This document shows, piece after piece, positions 9,937 through 21,657 of a stretch of DNA of 37,341 bases. The notes under the pieces were generated by a model, which saw only the letters and a list, made by a program, of their open reading frames with translations, did no database searches and was not told the DNA's origin. A program made the position numbers and the translations under genes. Every line of letters starts with the position of its first letter. Position 1 is the stretch's first letter. Source of the stretch: Nitrospinota bacterium (lineage in GTDB: Bacteria > Nitrospinota > Nitrospinia > Nitrospinales > VA-1); NCBI GenBank assembly GCA_038108555.1, contig JAYNIA010000009.1:33809-71149 (forward strand). The letters run 5' to 3'.

Positions 9937-10473
9937 ATGAATACCGAAATATTAAACGAAAAAGATATATCTCGGGCAATCACCCGTATTTCCCACGAAA
10001 TTATAGAGCGAAATAAGGGGGCAGAAAACATTGCTCTCGTAGGAATTCGCACACGGGGAGTCACCCTTTCCGACAGGCTTCAATCCAAAATAAATTCGAT
10101 TGAAAATACCGAAGTCGCAAATGGAGCATTGGACATTACCCTCTACCGTGATGATCTGGGAGCGGGCCTTCAAAAACCCGAACTAAAAAAAACCGAAATC
10201 ACATTTCCCTTAGAGGGCAAGCATGTAATTCTCTGTGATGATGTTTTATTCACAGGAAGAACCATTCGAGCAGCTATTGATGCTCTAATTGATTTTGGCC
10301 GACCGGCTTCTGTGCAATTGGCGGTATTGATAGATAGGGGCCATCGTGAACTACCTATTAGGCCGGATTATGTTGGGAAAAATATTCCTACTCCAAAATC
10401 CAAACGCGTTCAGGTGCTTTTAAAAGAAATTGATAAGGAAGATAAGGTCATAATTCAGGAGCAGGCAAATTGA
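9937..10473 (+). CDS. pyrR: Pyr operon attenuation regulator / uracil phosphoribosyltransferase
   Basis: [49 protein letters not shown]. Confidence 0.97.
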   Translation: MNTEILNEKDISRAITRISHEIIERNKGAENIALVGIRTRGVTLSDRLQSKINSIENTEVANGALDITLYRDDLGAGLQKPELKKTEITFPLEGKHVILCDDVLFTGRTIRAAIDALIDFGRPASVQLAVLIDRGHRELPIRPDYVGKNIPTPKSKRVQVLLKEIDKEDKVIIQEQAN

Positions 10474-11417
10474 CACAAATAGCCACGCTTTCTCAGAGAA
10501 ACATTATAACCACAGAAGACCTTACTGCTAATGACATTGAAACTATTCTAGATACTGCGGATTCTTTTAAAGAGATTTCCACCCGCGCTATTAAAAAGGT
10601 CCCCACACTTAGAGGTCGAACAATAATTAATTTGTTTTTCGAAGCCAGCACCCGTACCCGGACCTCCTTTGAAATTGCCGGAAAAAGGTTGAGTGCAGAT
10701 GTCATCAACATTTCAGGTGCGGCAAGTAGTACGGTTAAGGGAGAAAGCCTGATTGATACGGCGAGAAACCTTGAAGCCATGAATCCCGATATTCTCGTGA
10801 TTCGCCACAACTGCTCTGGAGCGCCTGACCTGATTTCCCGGTTTATAAATTGTCCCGTTATAAATGCAGGGGATGGGGCCCATCAGCATCCAAGCCAATC
10901 TTTACTTGACCTTTTTACCATTCGAGAACGTAAGGGAACTTTAAAGGGATTAAAAGTCACCATTGTTGGCGACATTACTCATAGTCGGGTTGCAAGATCC
11001 AATATTCGAGCCATGCAAACTATGGGAATGACGGTAAAGGTGGTGGGGCCCCCAACCCTTATTCCCACAGGAATAAAAAACCTTGGAGTCGAGGTAGGTT
11101 ATGACCTCGAAAAGGGTATTGAAGATGCAGATGTAATTATGGTGTTACGTATACAACTGGAAAGGCAAAACCAGGGCTTGCTCTCCAGTTTAAGGGAATA
11201 TTCAAATTATTTCTGCCTTACCAAAAATCACTTATCTAAGGTCAAGAAAGACGTCTTAATCATTCATCCTGGCCCCGTCAATCGCGGAATAGAAATCTCT
11301 CTAGATGTAATGGAAGGACCTCATTCCCTTATTTTGGATCAGGTAACGAATGGAGTCGCCATCCGCATGGCTCTTTTTTATTTATTATTAGGAGAAAGTG
11401 ATGCAAACCCTAATTAA
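10470..11417 (+). CDS. pyrB: Aspartate carbamoyltransferase catalytic subunit
   Basis: [43 protein letters not shown]. Confidence 0.97.
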   Translation: MTQIATLSQRNIITTEDLTANDIETILDTADSFKEISTRAIKKVPTLRGRTIINLFFEASTRTRTSFEIAGKRLSADVINISGAASSTVKGESLIDTARNLEAMNPDILVIRHNCSGAPDLISRFINCPVINAGDGAHQHPSQSLLDLFTIRERKGTLKGLKVTIVGDITHSRVARSNIRAMQTMGMTVKVVGPPTLIPTGIKNLGVEVGYDLEKGIEDADVIMVLRIQLERQNQGLLSSLREYSNYFCLTKNHLSKVKKDVLIIHPGPVNRGIEISLDVMEGPHSLILDQVTNGVAIRMALFYLLLGESDANPN

Positions 11418-12684
11418 AAACGGCCATCTCATAGACCCGGCAAATGATAAAAACGGCGATTTTGATTTACTGATCAAAGACGGAAAGATAGATGCTGTTG
11501 AGCCCAAGGGCAGGTTGGACAATATTTCTGAATCAGAAATAATAGATGCTAAAGGACTTATTGTTTCACCGGGGTTTTGCGATATGCACGTGCATTTCAG
11601 AGAACCGGGTCACGAATACAAAGAAACCATAGAAACCGGGAGCCAATCTGCTGCCGCTGGTGGATTCACCACGGTCGCCGTCATGCCGAACACATCCCCT
11701 GTTAATGACAATCGCTCAATAACAGAACTTATTTTGTCCCAGGCCAAACAAACGGCCATAGTCAATATTTTACCCATTGGAGCCATTACCAAAGGATTGA
11801 AGGGAGAGTCTCTCTCAGATATGGGCGAACTTAAAGAAGCTGGTTGTATCGGATATTCCGATGACGGGATGCCTGTAAGCAACAGTGAATTAATGCGGCG
11901 CGCCCTGGAATACAGCAAAATGTTTGACCTCCCTTGCATTCAACATAGTGAAGTTCTTGAACTGACTCGTGGTGGAAGCATGAACGAAGGAACCGTATGC
12001 ACAGAGATGGGTCTTAAAGGAATGCCAACTGAAGCAGAAGACATCATGGTTCACAGGGATATATGCCTTTTACCTAAGACAGGTGGAAGACTTCATGTTG
12101 CACATATCAGCAGCGGGGGTTCGGTCGAACTCGTCCGGCAGGCAAAAGCCAAGGGATTACCGGTTACGTGCGAAGTGGCTCCTCATCATTTCACATTAAC
12201 CCACGAAGCCTGCCGGGGTTATGATACCAACGCTAAAATGAGTCCTCCACTTAGAACAGACTCTGATCTGGAAATGATCAAGGAAGGCATGAAAGATGGC
12301 ACTATAGATATCATTGCAACAGACCATGCCCCTCATGACGTGGTTGACAAACAAGTTGAGTTCAGCAAAGCCTGCTTTGGGATTGTGGGGCTTGAAACGG
12401 CGCTTCCTTTAACCTTAAAGATGGTCGATGAAGGTGTTATATCCCTTGAGAGAGCAATAGATATGCTTACTTCACAAACCAATAAAATTTTTGATATAGA
12501 TAAAGGGACCCTGGGCGTAGGAAAAGATGCCGACATTACCCTGTTTGATCCAAACACAAAATATTCCATTGACCCCAGCAAGTTTAAATCGCGCAGCAAA
12601 AACTCTCCATACAAAGGTTGGAAAGTAAGAGGGAAAGTAATTCGCACCCTCGTAAATGGTAAAACCGTTTTTGAAAATCAATAA
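11401..12684 (+). CDS. pyrC: Dihydroorotase
   Basis: [35 protein letters not shown] before ATG 11401. Confidence 0.95.
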   Translation: MQTLIKNGHLIDPANDKNGDFDLLIKDGKIDAVEPKGRLDNISESEIIDAKGLIVSPGFCDMHVHFREPGHEYKETIETGSQSAAAGGFTTVAVMPNTSPVNDNRSITELILSQAKQTAIVNILPIGAITKGLKGESLSDMGELKEAGCIGYSDDGMPVSNSELMRRALEYSKMFDLPCIQHSEVLELTRGGSMNEGTVCTEMGLKGMPTEAEDIMVHRDICLLPKTGGRLHVAHISSGGSVELVRQAKAKGLPVTCEVAPHHFTLTHEACRGYDTNAKMSPPLRTDSDLEMIKEGMKDGTIDIIATDHAPHDVVDKQVEFSKACFGIVGLETALPLTLKMVDEGVISLERAIDMLTSQTNKIFDIDKGTLGVGKDADITLFDPNTKYSIDPSKFKSRSKNSPYKGWKVRGKVIRTLVNGKTVFENQ

Positions 12685-12717
12685 CCTTGATTAACTTCTT
12701 AAAATTTAACAAATAGT

Positions 12718-13842
12718 ATGAAAGCTCTTTTAGCTCTTGCCGACGGGAAAATATATGAAGGTGAACACTTTGGATCGAAAAAAGAAGTCGAAGCTGAAAT
12801 AGTTTTTAATACCAGCATGTCTGGATATCAGGAAATTATAACGGACCCTTCCTATTGTGGCCAAATGGTGGTCATGACTTATCCTTTAATTGGAAACTAC
12901 GGAATCAATCCTGAAGATTTTGAGTCTGATCGCCCTCACCTGTCCGGGTTCATTATAAAAGAACTCAGCAATGTTCAGAGCAATTGGCGATCGAGAGGAA
13001 GCCTTGATGATTTTCTTTTGGAAAATAACATTTTTGGAATTCAGGGGATTGATACCCGATCCTTGACCCGTCGGATTCGCGAAAAAGGAGCCCAGCAAGC
13101 GATTCTGTCTACGGATCTCTCTGATCCTCAAGGATTGGTTGAAAAGGCCCGCAATTCTCCAGGACTGGTTGGCAGGGATTTGGTAAAGGAGGTCACCTGC
13201 AAAAAAGCTTATGACTGGAATGAAGGTGAATGGGCAATCAAAAATGGTCAAACGCTATTGGAAGAAATCCAGGACCGGCCCTATAAAGTTTTGGTTTATG
13301 ATTTTGGAGTAAAAAGAAATATTTTAAGAAAGTTAACCCAGGCAGGTTGCAAAGTAAAAGTGGTTCCAGCAAATACCCCGGCAAACGAAGTCCTCGCGAC
13401 TCAACCCGATGGAGTTTTTCTATCCAATGGACCTGGGGACCCTGCAGCAGTTCCCTATGCAATCGAAAACGTAAAAGCCATATTAGGAAAAGTTCCCATT
13501 TTTGGAATTTGCCTGGGGCATCAGATATTGAGTCTCGCCCTGAATGGAACCACCTATAAATTAAGATTTGGACATCATGGAGGAAACCAGCCTGTTCTTG
13601 ATTCAAACTCACGAAAGGTTGAAATAACTTCCCAAAACCATGGATTTGCTGTAAAAGAAAATTCCCTAAAGGACGATGTCGATATAACTTTTTTAAATTT
13701 AAATGATAATACTGTTGAAGGAATTCAACACAAAAAGTGGCCCATATTCTCGGTTCAATATCATCCTGAAGCATCCCCGGGGCCTCAGGATTCGGAATAT
13801 TTGTTTCACAAATTTACAGGTCTTATGAAAGCAGGAAATTGA
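12718..13842 (+). CDS. carA: Carbamoyl-phosphate synthase small subunit
   Basis: [34 protein letters not shown]. Confidence 0.98.
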   Translation: MKALLALADGKIYEGEHFGSKKEVEAEIVFNTSMSGYQEIITDPSYCGQMVVMTYPLIGNYGINPEDFESDRPHLSGFIIKELSNVQSNWRSRGSLDDFLLENNIFGIQGIDTRSLTRRIREKGAQQAILSTDLSDPQGLVEKARNSPGLVGRDLVKEVTCKKAYDWNEGEWAIKNGQTLLEEIQDRPYKVLVYDFGVKRNILRKLTQAGCKVKVVPANTPANEVLATQPDGVFLSNGPGDPAAVPYAIENVKAILGKVPIFGICLGHQILSLALNGTTYKLRFGHHGGNQPVLDSNSRKVEITSQNHGFAVKENSLKDDVDITFLNLNDNTVEGIQHKKWPIFSVQYHPEASPGPQDSEYLFHKFTGLMKAGN

Positions 13843-14717
13843 TGCTCCAGGAAATTTTAGAGCAGTTATTTGAGTTCGCCGCTAAGTCGATTCCCTCCGA
13901 ACAGATTCTAGAAGCAAAAAAATCTTATCAAAAGGAAACAGGCGAAATTTATGAAGATGATCAGTCCTATAACACGAGAATGGCCCTGTTCCTTGAATGG
14001 TACCTTTTCGACAATTATATCGATGACTCCTCAACCACCATTCTTGATTCTTTATTGCAGGAAAATCCTGAAGACTGGGATGCCGATCAAATAGAAAAAT
14101 ATAAAAAAATCAAAGAAACCTTTCAGGCCTTGTATCTGGTGAAAAAAGTCAAAGACGACAGTGTAAAAGTATTGAATCTATTTACTGATGAAATTTTTCT
14201 AGTACAGGACAAAGATTCAAAATTGATCTTCAGGAAAAATGATATTTTCCAGGGGCGAATTGTTTTATTTGAGGATCAATATTATTTTACCGGCAATTTT
14301 TGTTTCCACCCCGAAAAAACTCACCGGTTTATAAAACCGGAAATAAAAAATGTTTCAAAAATCCTTATCCAGCATAAAAAGGATCTAGCCAAACTTGAAA
14401 AAGTGATTTTTAAAGCAAATAAAGTTTTGAATAATCTTGAATCAAAGATTGAAAGCTTTGAAACTAAAATCAGCCAGAGCGAATCAGAAGGTAAAACCGA
14501 AAGGCTACAGCAAAAGTTAGCTGTTTTGGTGGAGGATAAAGAAAAACAAGTCAAGCAAATTCAGGATTTGGAAACAAAAGCTTTTGTCATTAAAAACGAT
14601 AAAATAAAAATCGAAGGAAATAAACAAATCAACGCCTTGATCAACCGATTTGCCTATATGAATTTGAAATGGGAACGTTCCCGCCAAATCGAAATCTCCG
14701 ATATTTATAAAAATTAA
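13842..14717 (+). CDS. Hypothetical protein with C-terminal coiled coil between carA and carB
   Basis: Long ORF; ATG overlaps the carA stop (TGATG) and its stop overlaps the carB start (TAATG). Confidence 0.85.
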   Translation: MLQEILEQLFEFAAKSIPSEQILEAKKSYQKETGEIYEDDQSYNTRMALFLEWYLFDNYIDDSSTTILDSLLQENPEDWDADQIEKYKKIKETFQALYLVKKVKDDSVKVLNLFTDEIFLVQDKDSKLIFRKNDIFQGRIVLFEDQYYFTGNFCFHPEKTHRFIKPEIKNVSKILIQHKKDLAKLEKVIFKANKVLNNLESKIESFETKISQSESEGKTERLQQKLAVLVEDKEKQVKQIQDLETKAFVIKNDKIKIEGNKQINALINRFAYMNLKWERSRQIEISDIYKN

Positions 14718-17700
14718 TGCCTAAACGAACCGATATTAAAAAAATCCTTCTGATAGGGTCTGGTCCCATCATCATTGGCCAGGCATGTGAGTTTGACTAT
14801 TCGGGAACACAAGCCTGTAAATCTTTAAAAGAAGAAGGATATGAGGTCGTTCTTGTGAACAGCAACCCTGCCACCATTATGACCGATCCCGAGTTTGCGG
14901 ATAGAACCTATATTGAGCCAGTCACTCCCGAAGTAGTAGAGAAAATAATTATCAGAGACCGTCCCGACGCTTTACTACCCACCATGGGAGGCCAAACAGC
15001 ATTAAACACAGCTCTTGCTGTTGCGGAAAAAGGAATTCTTGAAAAATATAATGTGGAGCTGATTGGGGCCAAGGTCGATTCGATTCAAAAGGCAGAAGAC
15101 AGACAACTTTTTAAAGAGGCTATGATTCGGATAGGTCAAAAAGTTCCACCCAGTGGCGAAGCGGTGACCATGGAGGAAGCATGGAAAATTGTGGAAGAAA
15201 CCGGTTTCCCGGCAATTATCCGTCCCTCTTTTACTCTTGGAGGCACCGGTGGAAGTATTGCCTATAGCAAAGAGGAGTTTGTGCCTCTGGTTGAGCATGC
15301 CCTGGCCGCCAGCCCCATTCATCAGGTATTGATAGAAAAATCACTTTTGGGATGGAAAGAATATGAATTGGAGGTAATGCGCGACCTTAACGACAATGTT
15401 GTAATAATTTGTTCCATTGAAAATTTTGATCCCATGGGGGTTCATACCGGCGACAGTATTACGGTGGCTCCGGCTCAGACACTTTCGGACAAGGAATATC
15501 AAATCATGCGCAATGCAGCGATTGATATCATCCGCGAAATTGGTGTTGATACAGGAGGCTCGAATATACAATTTGCTACAAACCCTGAAAATGGAGAAAT
15601 GATTGTCATTGAAATGAATCCGCGGGTATCTCGAAGTTCCGCCCTGGCTTCAAAGGCGACAGGATTTCCTATTGCAAAAATTGCCGCAAAACTCGCTATT
15701 GGGTATTCGCTGGACGAAATTCGGAACGATATTACCCGTGTAACACCGGCCTCTTTTGAACCGACTTTGGATTACTGTGTCGTAAAAATACCCCGGTTTA
15801 CTTTTGAAAAATTCCAACAAACGGAGCCTGTACTTACCACCCAAATGAAATCCGTCGGGGAGGTAATGTCGATTGGTCGAACTTTCAAAGAAGCCCTACA
15901 AAAATCCATTCGCTCCATGGAGATTGGGAATTATGGGTTTGAAGAAGCCTTTCGTTTTAAATTAAACAATGTCGGATTATCAGAAGATGCGCAAAAAGAA
16001 AAACTGATAGCTGCATTGACCATTCCCTTTTCGGACCGGCTCTGGCATGTTGCGGCTGCCTTGCGTCGTGGAATCTCCATTGAAGAGATAAATAAGATTA
16101 CCGGAATGGATCTTTGGTTTCTGGACAATATTAAAAGTATTATGAACCTTGAAGGTGAATTGAAGCACTTAAACTCGCCTGAGTCTTTTGAAAAAAATAC
16201 TTTATTAAAAGCAAAACAATACGGATTTTCAGACAAGTATCTAGCCGACCTATTGAGTTGCTCAGAAAATGAGATTCGTGACAAAAGAAAAAATCTGGAG
16301 GTTACCCCCGTTTTTAAAAGAGTAGACACCTGTGGTGCTGAATTCGAAGCTTTTACCCCCTATTTATATTCTACCTATGAAGAGGAATGCGAAGCTGATC
16401 CCTCACACAAGAAAAAAATTATGATATTGGGCGGTGGCCCAAACCGAATCGGCCAGGGTATTGAATTTGATTATTGCTGTGTCCACGCTTCCTTTGCCCT
16501 CAAAGAAGATGGGTTCGAAACCATTATGGTTAATTGCAATCCGGAAACAGTAAGCACGGATTATGACACTTCCGACCGGCTTTATTTCGAACCGGTAACT
16601 CTGGAAGATGTGCTTCATATTATCCAGGTGGAAAAACCCACCGGAATAATAGTTCAATTAGGCGGGCAAACTCCCCTAAAGCTCGCCCTGTCACTGTTAG
16701 AAGCGGGAGCTCCCATTATAGGAACAAGTCCCCTGGACATTGATAGAGCCGAGGACCGCAAACTATTCAAAGAAGTCCTCGAAAAACTGGGTCTGAAACA
16801 ACCTGAGAATGGAACCGCAACGTCATATCCGGAAGCTAAAGAAATTGCCTCAAGCATAGGGTATCCCGTAGTCGTGCGTCCATCCTATGTATTGGGAGGA
16901 CGTGCAATGGAAATTGTCTATAACCAGGACCGGTTGGAACATTATATGCAACATGCCGTGAAAGCCTCCCCCGAACACCCTGTCCTGATAGATGATTTTC
17001 TCGAAGATGCAACCGAGATTGACGTTGATGCTATATCAGATGGAACTGATGTAGTGATTGGTGGAGTTATGGAGCATATTGAGGAAGCGGGCATTCATTC
17101 TGGTGATAGTGCCTGTTCCCTGCCTGCTTTTTCTTTGCCCGATGAAATCATTGAAGAAATAAAAAAGCAGACCCGCGCCTTGGCGAAAGAGCTTAATGTT
17201 ATTGGACTGATCAATATCCAGTTTGCAGTTCAAAATGATGAAATTTTCATTATTGAGGTAAACCCGAGGGCTTCCCGAACCATTCCTTTTGTAAGCAAAT
17301 CAATTGGAGTCCCCCTGGCAAAAATAGCAGCGCGTGTTATGGCAGGAAAAACCTTGAAGGAAATCGGTTTTACAGAGGAAATCAGACCGGCCCATATATC
17401 TGTCAAAGAATCGGTTTTTCCCTTTAACAAGTTTATCGATGTTGATGTTTTACTCGGACCAGAAATGAAATCAACCGGTGAGGTCATGGGTATAGATAAA
17501 TCCTTTGGTCGTGCTTTTGCTAAATCTCAACTGGCAACAGGAGTAAAGCTACCTGACCGGGGAACGGCTTTTATCAGCATAAAAGATTCAGACAAACCAA
17601 AGTCCATTGGTATTGCCAAAGGTCTGATTGAACTGGGTTATAAAATTTTAGCGACTAAGGGAACGGCTGAATTTTTAAACAAGGAAGGAATTGAAGTAGA

Positions 17701-17953
17701 ATTGATAAAAAAATTTCAGGATGGTTCCCCCAATTGTGTTGAGGCTATTGAATCTGGAAAGGTTGATTTGGTTATCAACACCACTTTCGGTGAAAAAGCC
17801 ATTGAAGATTCTTTTTCTTTAAGAAGAAGTTCCTTGAATCAAAATTTGCCTTATTGCACTACCATTGCTGGAGCTTCCGCTCTATTGGGTGGATTAAAAG
17901 CCATTAGGGAGCAAGATTTAGGGATAACCGCGATTCAGGAATACAATACTTGA
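14717..17953 (+). CDS. carB: Carbamoyl-phosphate synthase large subunit
   Basis: [30 protein letters not shown], duplicated ATP-grasp, C-terminal MGS domain. Confidence 0.99.
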   Translation: MPKRTDIKKILLIGSGPIIIGQACEFDYSGTQACKSLKEEGYEVVLVNSNPATIMTDPEFADRTYIEPVTPEVVEKIIIRDRPDALLPTMGGQTALNTALAVAEKGILEKYNVELIGAKVDSIQKAEDRQLFKEAMIRIGQKVPPSGEAVTMEEAWKIVEETGFPAIIRPSFTLGGTGGSIAYSKEEFVPLVEHALAASPIHQVLIEKSLLGWKEYELEVMRDLNDNVVIICSIENFDPMGVHTGDSITVAPAQTLSDKEYQIMRNAAIDIIREIGVDTGGSNIQFATNPENGEMIVIEMNPRVSRSSALASKATGFPIAKIAAKLAIGYSLDEIRNDITRVTPASFEPTLDYCVVKIPRFTFEKFQQTEPVLTTQMKSVGEVMSIGRTFKEALQKSIRSMEIGNYGFEEAFRFKLNNVGLSEDAQKEKLIAALTIPFSDRLWHVAAALRRGISIEEINKITGMDLWFLDNIKSIMNLEGELKHLNSPESFEKNTLLKAKQYGFSDKYLADLLSCSENEIRDKRKNLEVTPVFKRVDTCGAEFEAFTPYLYSTYEEECEADPSHKKKIMILGGGPNRIGQGIEFDYCCVHASFALKEDGFETIMVNCNPETVSTDYDTSDRLYFEPVTLEDVLHIIQVEKPTGIIVQLGGQTPLKLALSLLEAGAPIIGTSPLDIDRAEDRKLFKEVLEKLGLKQPENGTATSYPEAKEIASSIGYPVVVRPSYVLGGRAMEIVYNQDRLEHYMQHAVKASPEHPVLIDDFLEDATEIDVDAISDGTDVVIGGVMEHIEEAGIHSGDSACSLPAFSLPDEIIEEIKKQTRALAKELNVIGLINIQFAVQNDEIFIIEVNPRASRTIPFVSKSIGVPLAKIAARVMAGKTLKEIGFTEEIRPAHISVKESVFPFNKFIDVDVLLGPEMKSTGEVMGIDKSFGRAFAKSQLATGVKLPDRGTAFISIKDSDKPKSIGIAKGLIELGYKILATKGTAEFLNKEGIEVELIKKFQDGSPNCVEAIESGKVDLVINTTFGEKAIEDSFSLRRSSLNQNLPYCTTIAGASALLGGLKAIREQDLGITAIQEYNT

Positions 17954-17991
17954 AAAAATTAATGGACGGATTTAATTCCCCTGAAATCCCA

Positions 17992-19344
17992 TTAGGGAAT
18001 AATCTCTTCTTCCTCTAAAGGAGATGGGCCGGAACTAAACTTTTGACTGCCAAGAAGGGTCTTCTTCAAAGATTGGACGAGGTTACCAGGCATGAAATCC
18101 TTTCCAACAATGATGGCTGCTTTTGAAAAACCTTTCATTACGTCCAACACCTGAATGAGTCCCATTTTTACATAGATATCACCCAGGTCCATTTCAGTTA
18201 AAGGGTCACCCAGTTCCAATCCTACAGCATATACGTGGAATTTATCTCCAACACGGACTCCATTCTGGGTCCCAACATTGATTAGCACTTCTTCGTCTTG
18301 CATGGAAATTATTTCACCTTCAAGCGCAGATGGCCTGATTGTTTCTTTCAAAAACCCAACCATTTCTTTTGTTAGAAAGGTTAAAGCCAAACCCATTGAA
18401 CTGGAAGAAAGCTTAGAGTTATCAGTAGGCGCTAGATCTATATCCTCAGCAAAAGGACGTCTGCCAGAGTTCGAAAATGCCCGGAAGGTTCTTTTTTTAA
18501 CCACCCTTCCCGTTTTATTTTGTACCAACTGAAGTTTCACCTCCAACTCAGCATTTTCAGAGTTCTGAGAAGCCAGTTTATCGGAATCATCCGTTTCCGA
18601 AGTAAGCGCACCGGGATCAAACTTTACAACTTGCCCTTTTATCTTATACAGAGAAGCTTTTACCGGCATCTTACCAAGTTTGGCAGGCCAAGGATCAGGA
18701 TCGCTTTTGTCCATCATTGAGCCCTTGCCCATAGAACCTTTCTTTTTCATCATGGCATTCGAGGGGTTCTGAACAGGTATTAATTCAAATTGGGGTTCAT
18801 CGTATATTGTATGGACCGCAGGTTCCAGATTCCATTGATTCTCATAGCTCGCATGAGACCCTTCTGATCGGTAAGTCGGAGTGGGACGTTTTCTTCTAAA
18901 CGAATTTTCCCTTTTAAATGAATTTTTGAAAGGCTTTTGAGAAAGTCTTTTATTACCCATCATTTTGGCCTTCGGCTCATCCATAGCCTTGTTCATAGCA
19001 CCAGGTTTATTCATTTTCATCATATTCCCGGCTTTGTCTCTCTTGTTTGAGTTTTCGGGCATTGCTTTATGAGGTAATTCCATCATCTCCGGTTGAGGCA
19101 TTTCATGTGGGGCCATTTCCTTGATTTCGTTGGTAGAAATCATTTGAAATACGTTTGACCGAATCAGTTCATTTTCCAGACGCTCAGAGAGCACTTTACC
19201 AGGGCTGAAATGCCTGTTCCAAACAGGTGGATCATCAAACTCAGTTACAATGACCTTGTGTTTATAATTGGCAAAGGCCAGACCACTGAATAGTGAGGAA
19301 AATATGAAAATTAGAAGTAGTTTCTGGGGAATATTTTTATGCAT
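17992..19344 (-). CDS. Exported CsgG/HfaB-like protein with FlgT-C-like domain and Met-rich insertion
   Basis: Signal peptide ending AFA; KVIVTEFDD...LSERLENELIRSNVFQMI; C-terminal EGEII...VLINVGTQNGVRVGDKFHVY. Family assignment by recollection only. Confidence 0.55.
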   Translation of the reverse strand: MHKNIPQKLLLIFIFSSLFSGLAFANYKHKVIVTEFDDPPVWNRHFSPGKVLSERLENELIRSNVFQMISTNEIKEMAPHEMPQPEMMELPHKAMPENSNKRDKAGNMMKMNKPGAMNKAMDEPKAKMMGNKRLSQKPFKNSFKRENSFRRKRPTPTYRSEGSHASYENQWNLEPAVHTIYDEPQFELIPVQNPSNAMMKKKGSMGKGSMMDKSDPDPWPAKLGKMPVKASLYKIKGQVVKFDPGALTSETDDSDKLASQNSENAELEVKLQLVQNKTGRVVKKRTFRAFSNSGRRPFAEDIDLAPTDNSKLSSSSMGLALTFLTKEMVGFLKETIRPSALEGEIISMQDEEVLINVGTQNGVRVGDKFHVYAVGLELGDPLTEMDLGDIYVKMGLIQVLDVMKGFSKAAIIVGKDFMPGNLVQSLKKTLLGSQKFSSGPSPLEEEEIIP

Positions 19345-19380
19345 AAATCGGTAACGCTTCAAAGGACCAGATATATTACT

Positions 19381-19407
19381 TTATCGTCATATTTGCAGGA
19401 ATCTTCA
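19381..19407 (-). promoter_or_regulatory. Putative sigma28 (FliA) promoter
   Basis: Minus strand TGAA-N15-GACGATAA versus consensus TAAA-N15-GCCGATAA. Confidence 0.5.
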
Positions 19408-19462
19408 CGGAAAAACGTATAATTGTAGAGAAATTCGCCCCAATAATAATCATTTTGTCCCC

Positions 19463-19491
19463 TTGACCGATTTGGGTTCAACCAGTACAAT
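19463..19491 (+). promoter_or_regulatory. Sigma70-type promoter for the FGE-nth-M14 unit
   Basis: TTGACC (19463-19468), 17 bp, TACAAT (19486-19491). Confidence 0.55.
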
Positions 19492-19498
19492 TCACCGC

Positions 19499-20230
19499 AT
19501 GAAAAAATCCGCCTTATTTATAATACTGTTTTTTATGTTGTTTCCGGGTCAACTATATGCCCAGGAAGCAGGAATGACCCTGATAAAGTCTGGCTGCTTT
19601 CTTATGGGAACCAACTCTGATTATATTTATGAAGACGATGATGACAATTATCGTGAAAAACCTGCCCATAAAGTATGCCTGGATAGTTTTTATCTGGACA
19701 CCTACGAGGTAACCCAAAAAAAATGGGATGCTGTAATGGACTTTAATCGGTCCGTATTTCGAAAACCCAATCAGCCTATTACCCATATCGATTGGCACGA
19801 GGCCCGAGCTTATTGTAAAAAAGTGGATAAAAGACTTCCCTCTGAAGCTGAATGGGAATATGCAGCCAGAGCGGGAAGCCAGGCTCGCTTTCCCTGGGGC
19901 GACGAAGTCGACGACGATAAGGTGTGGTATTCAGGAAATTCTCCCCGAGAAGTTCCTGAAGTTGGTAAAAAGCTGCCAAATGCTTGGGGCCTATACGATA
20001 TGATGGGCAATGTCTGGGAATGGGTGGAAGACTGGTTTTCTCTCGAATATTATAAGAATAGTCCGGTCAAAAATCCTAAAGGGCCCAAAAGGCAGAGTTT
20101 TAGGGTTATCCGTGGCGGATCTTGGATGATTGACGAAAAATATTTAAGAGTTACCTCTCGTCACAGAGGCATGTCAGATCCCACCGAAAGTTATTGGGTG
20201 GGTGTCCGTTGTGCTAAATCTACTAAATGA
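19499..20230 (+). CDS. Exported formylglycine-generating enzyme (FGE-sulfatase/SUMF1) family protein
   Basis: Signal peptide, FLMG, YEVT, RLPSEAEWEYAARAG, NAWGLYDMMGNVWEWV, RGGSW, GVRC. Confidence 0.9.
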   Translation: MKKSALFIILFFMLFPGQLYAQEAGMTLIKSGCFLMGTNSDYIYEDDDDNYREKPAHKVCLDSFYLDTYEVTQKKWDAVMDFNRSVFRKPNQPITHIDWHEARAYCKKVDKRLPSEAEWEYAARAGSQARFPWGDEVDDDKVWYSGNSPREVPEVGKKLPNAWGLYDMMGNVWEWVEDWFSLEYYKNSPVKNPKGPKRQSFRVIRGGSWMIDEKYLRVTSRHRGMSDPTESYWVGVRCAKSTK

Positions 20231-20242
20231 TTTCCAATCATC

Positions 20243-20875
20243 TTGGATAGCAAAGTAGTTAATAAGCTCTATAAGAAACTTTCGGAAAAGCTTGGAGCAG
20301 CAGAATCTGAGCTCGATTATAAAAATCACTTTGAACTATTAGTGGCGGTAATTTTAAGCGCCCAATCCACGGACAAAACCGTTAATTCGGTTACCAAAAA
20401 ACTCTTTAGCACCTCCCCCAATCCCGAATCTGTAATATCGCTGGGACAGAAAAAATTACAGGAAATCATTCGTCCTGTTGGCCTTTCTCCTACCAAATCC
20501 AAAAATATTACTGCCACATGTAAAATCCTAATGGAAAAATATGGTGGAAATATTCCAGAAAACAGGGAAGAACTGGAAGGGTTACCAGGAGTAGGAAGAA
20601 AAACAGCAAATGTAGTCTTAAATGAAGGTTTTGGGCATCCCACAATCGCTGTAGACACACATGTTTTTAGAGTATCAAACCGGACGGGACTGGCTATGGC
20701 CAAAAATGTTCTCGACACCGAAAAGGAACTGCTTAGGATAACACCTAAAAAATGGCTGGCGGACGCTCACCGGTACTTGATCCTTCATGGGAGATACGTT
20801 TGCAAAGCAAAAAACTTTGATTGCAGGGAATGCGTCATAAATAAAGAATGTGAATATCCGGATAAAAATATTTAA
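20243..20875 (+). CDS. nth: Endonuclease III
   Basis: LLVAVILSAQSTD, HhH LPGVGRKTANVVL, VDTHV, C-x6-C-x2-C-x5-C FeS motif. Confidence 0.97.
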   Translation: MDSKVVNKLYKKLSEKLGAAESELDYKNHFELLVAVILSAQSTDKTVNSVTKKLFSTSPNPESVISLGQKKLQEIIRPVGLSPTKSKNITATCKILMEKYGGNIPENREELEGLPGVGRKTANVVLNEGFGHPTIAVDTHVFRVSNRTGLAMAKNVLDTEKELLRITPKKWLADAHRYLILHGRYVCKAKNFDCRECVINKECEYPDKNI

Positions 20876-21633
20876 TGGTTTCAGTTAACAAAAAAAATAA
20901 TTTCGATTCGGTAGTCCAACGCATTGAAAAATGTTTGCTGGATAAAACCACTATTGAGTTCTCCACAACTTATAAAACCTCTACAGCTGTTTATCCCCTT
21001 ATAAAAATAGTATTGGGTCGGGGAAACTCGCCTCGGGTCCTTATTTCAGCAGGAATTCATGGCGATGAACCCGGTGGTGTGGAAACAATACTAAAGTTTT
21101 TGGAGGCCCAGGAATATTCCCATTATATAAATGATTGGGAAATCAATTTGCTCCCCTGCTTGAATCCTCATGGATTCGAATATGGCATCCGTGAAAACCA
21201 TCAGGAAATAGATTTAAACCGGGTGTTTAAAATTGATAATCCTCCTAAAGAGGTAACCTTTGCAAAATCAATTCTTGATACAGGATTTGAGCTTACCTTG
21301 GAACTGCACGAGGACACTGATAGCCATGGTTATTATCTGTACCAAAATGGAACAGGAAATCGATTTGAAAGAATCGGGCAGGATGTACTTGATTCCGTTA
21401 AAAGTATAATGCCAATAAATTTGGACCCGGAAATTGATGGTTCCCCTGCCAATCAAGGAATTATCGATAAGGGTAAAGATAATTCGAAAATGGATTGGTG
21501 GCCCATGGCCCTTTATGGCCTGTCCCAGGGAACTCAAAGTTGTCTCACGTTGGAAGCATCAAGCCAATTTGATCTACCAACAAGAGTGGAAGCTCATTTG
21601 AAAGCCATTCAAACGGCTCTAACTTTTACTTAG
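20875..21633 (+). CDS. M14 zinc metallocarboxypeptidase / AstE-AspA family protein
   Basis: AGIHGDE, NPHG, DLNR, LELHED, LTLE motifs. Confidence 0.85.
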   Translation: MVSVNKKNNFDSVVQRIEKCLLDKTTIEFSTTYKTSTAVYPLIKIVLGRGNSPRVLISAGIHGDEPGGVETILKFLEAQEYSHYINDWEINLLPCLNPHGFEYGIRENHQEIDLNRVFKIDNPPKEVTFAKSILDTGFELTLELHEDTDSHGYYLYQNGTGNRFERIGQDVLDSVKSIMPINLDPEIDGSPANQGIIDKGKDNSKMDWWPMALYGLSQGTQSCLTLEASSQFDLPTRVEAHLKAIQTALTFT

Positions 21634-21657
21634 TATTGTTCTTGGTTTAACTATTTA

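Noticed and set aside
9729..10064. 111-aa minus-strand ORF over the pyr leader
   Set aside because: Antisense shadow of pyrR and its attenuator; no recognisable motif.
10493..17487. Many short antisense or nested ORFs within pyr/car genes, and similar ones elsewhere
   Set aside because: Fully overlap well-supported genes and show no motifs.
17959..17994. In-frame continuation WDFRGIKSVH* after the stop of the CsgG/FlgT-like gene
   Set aside because: A 10-codon open stretch arises easily by chance; cannot call a premature stop without orthologs.
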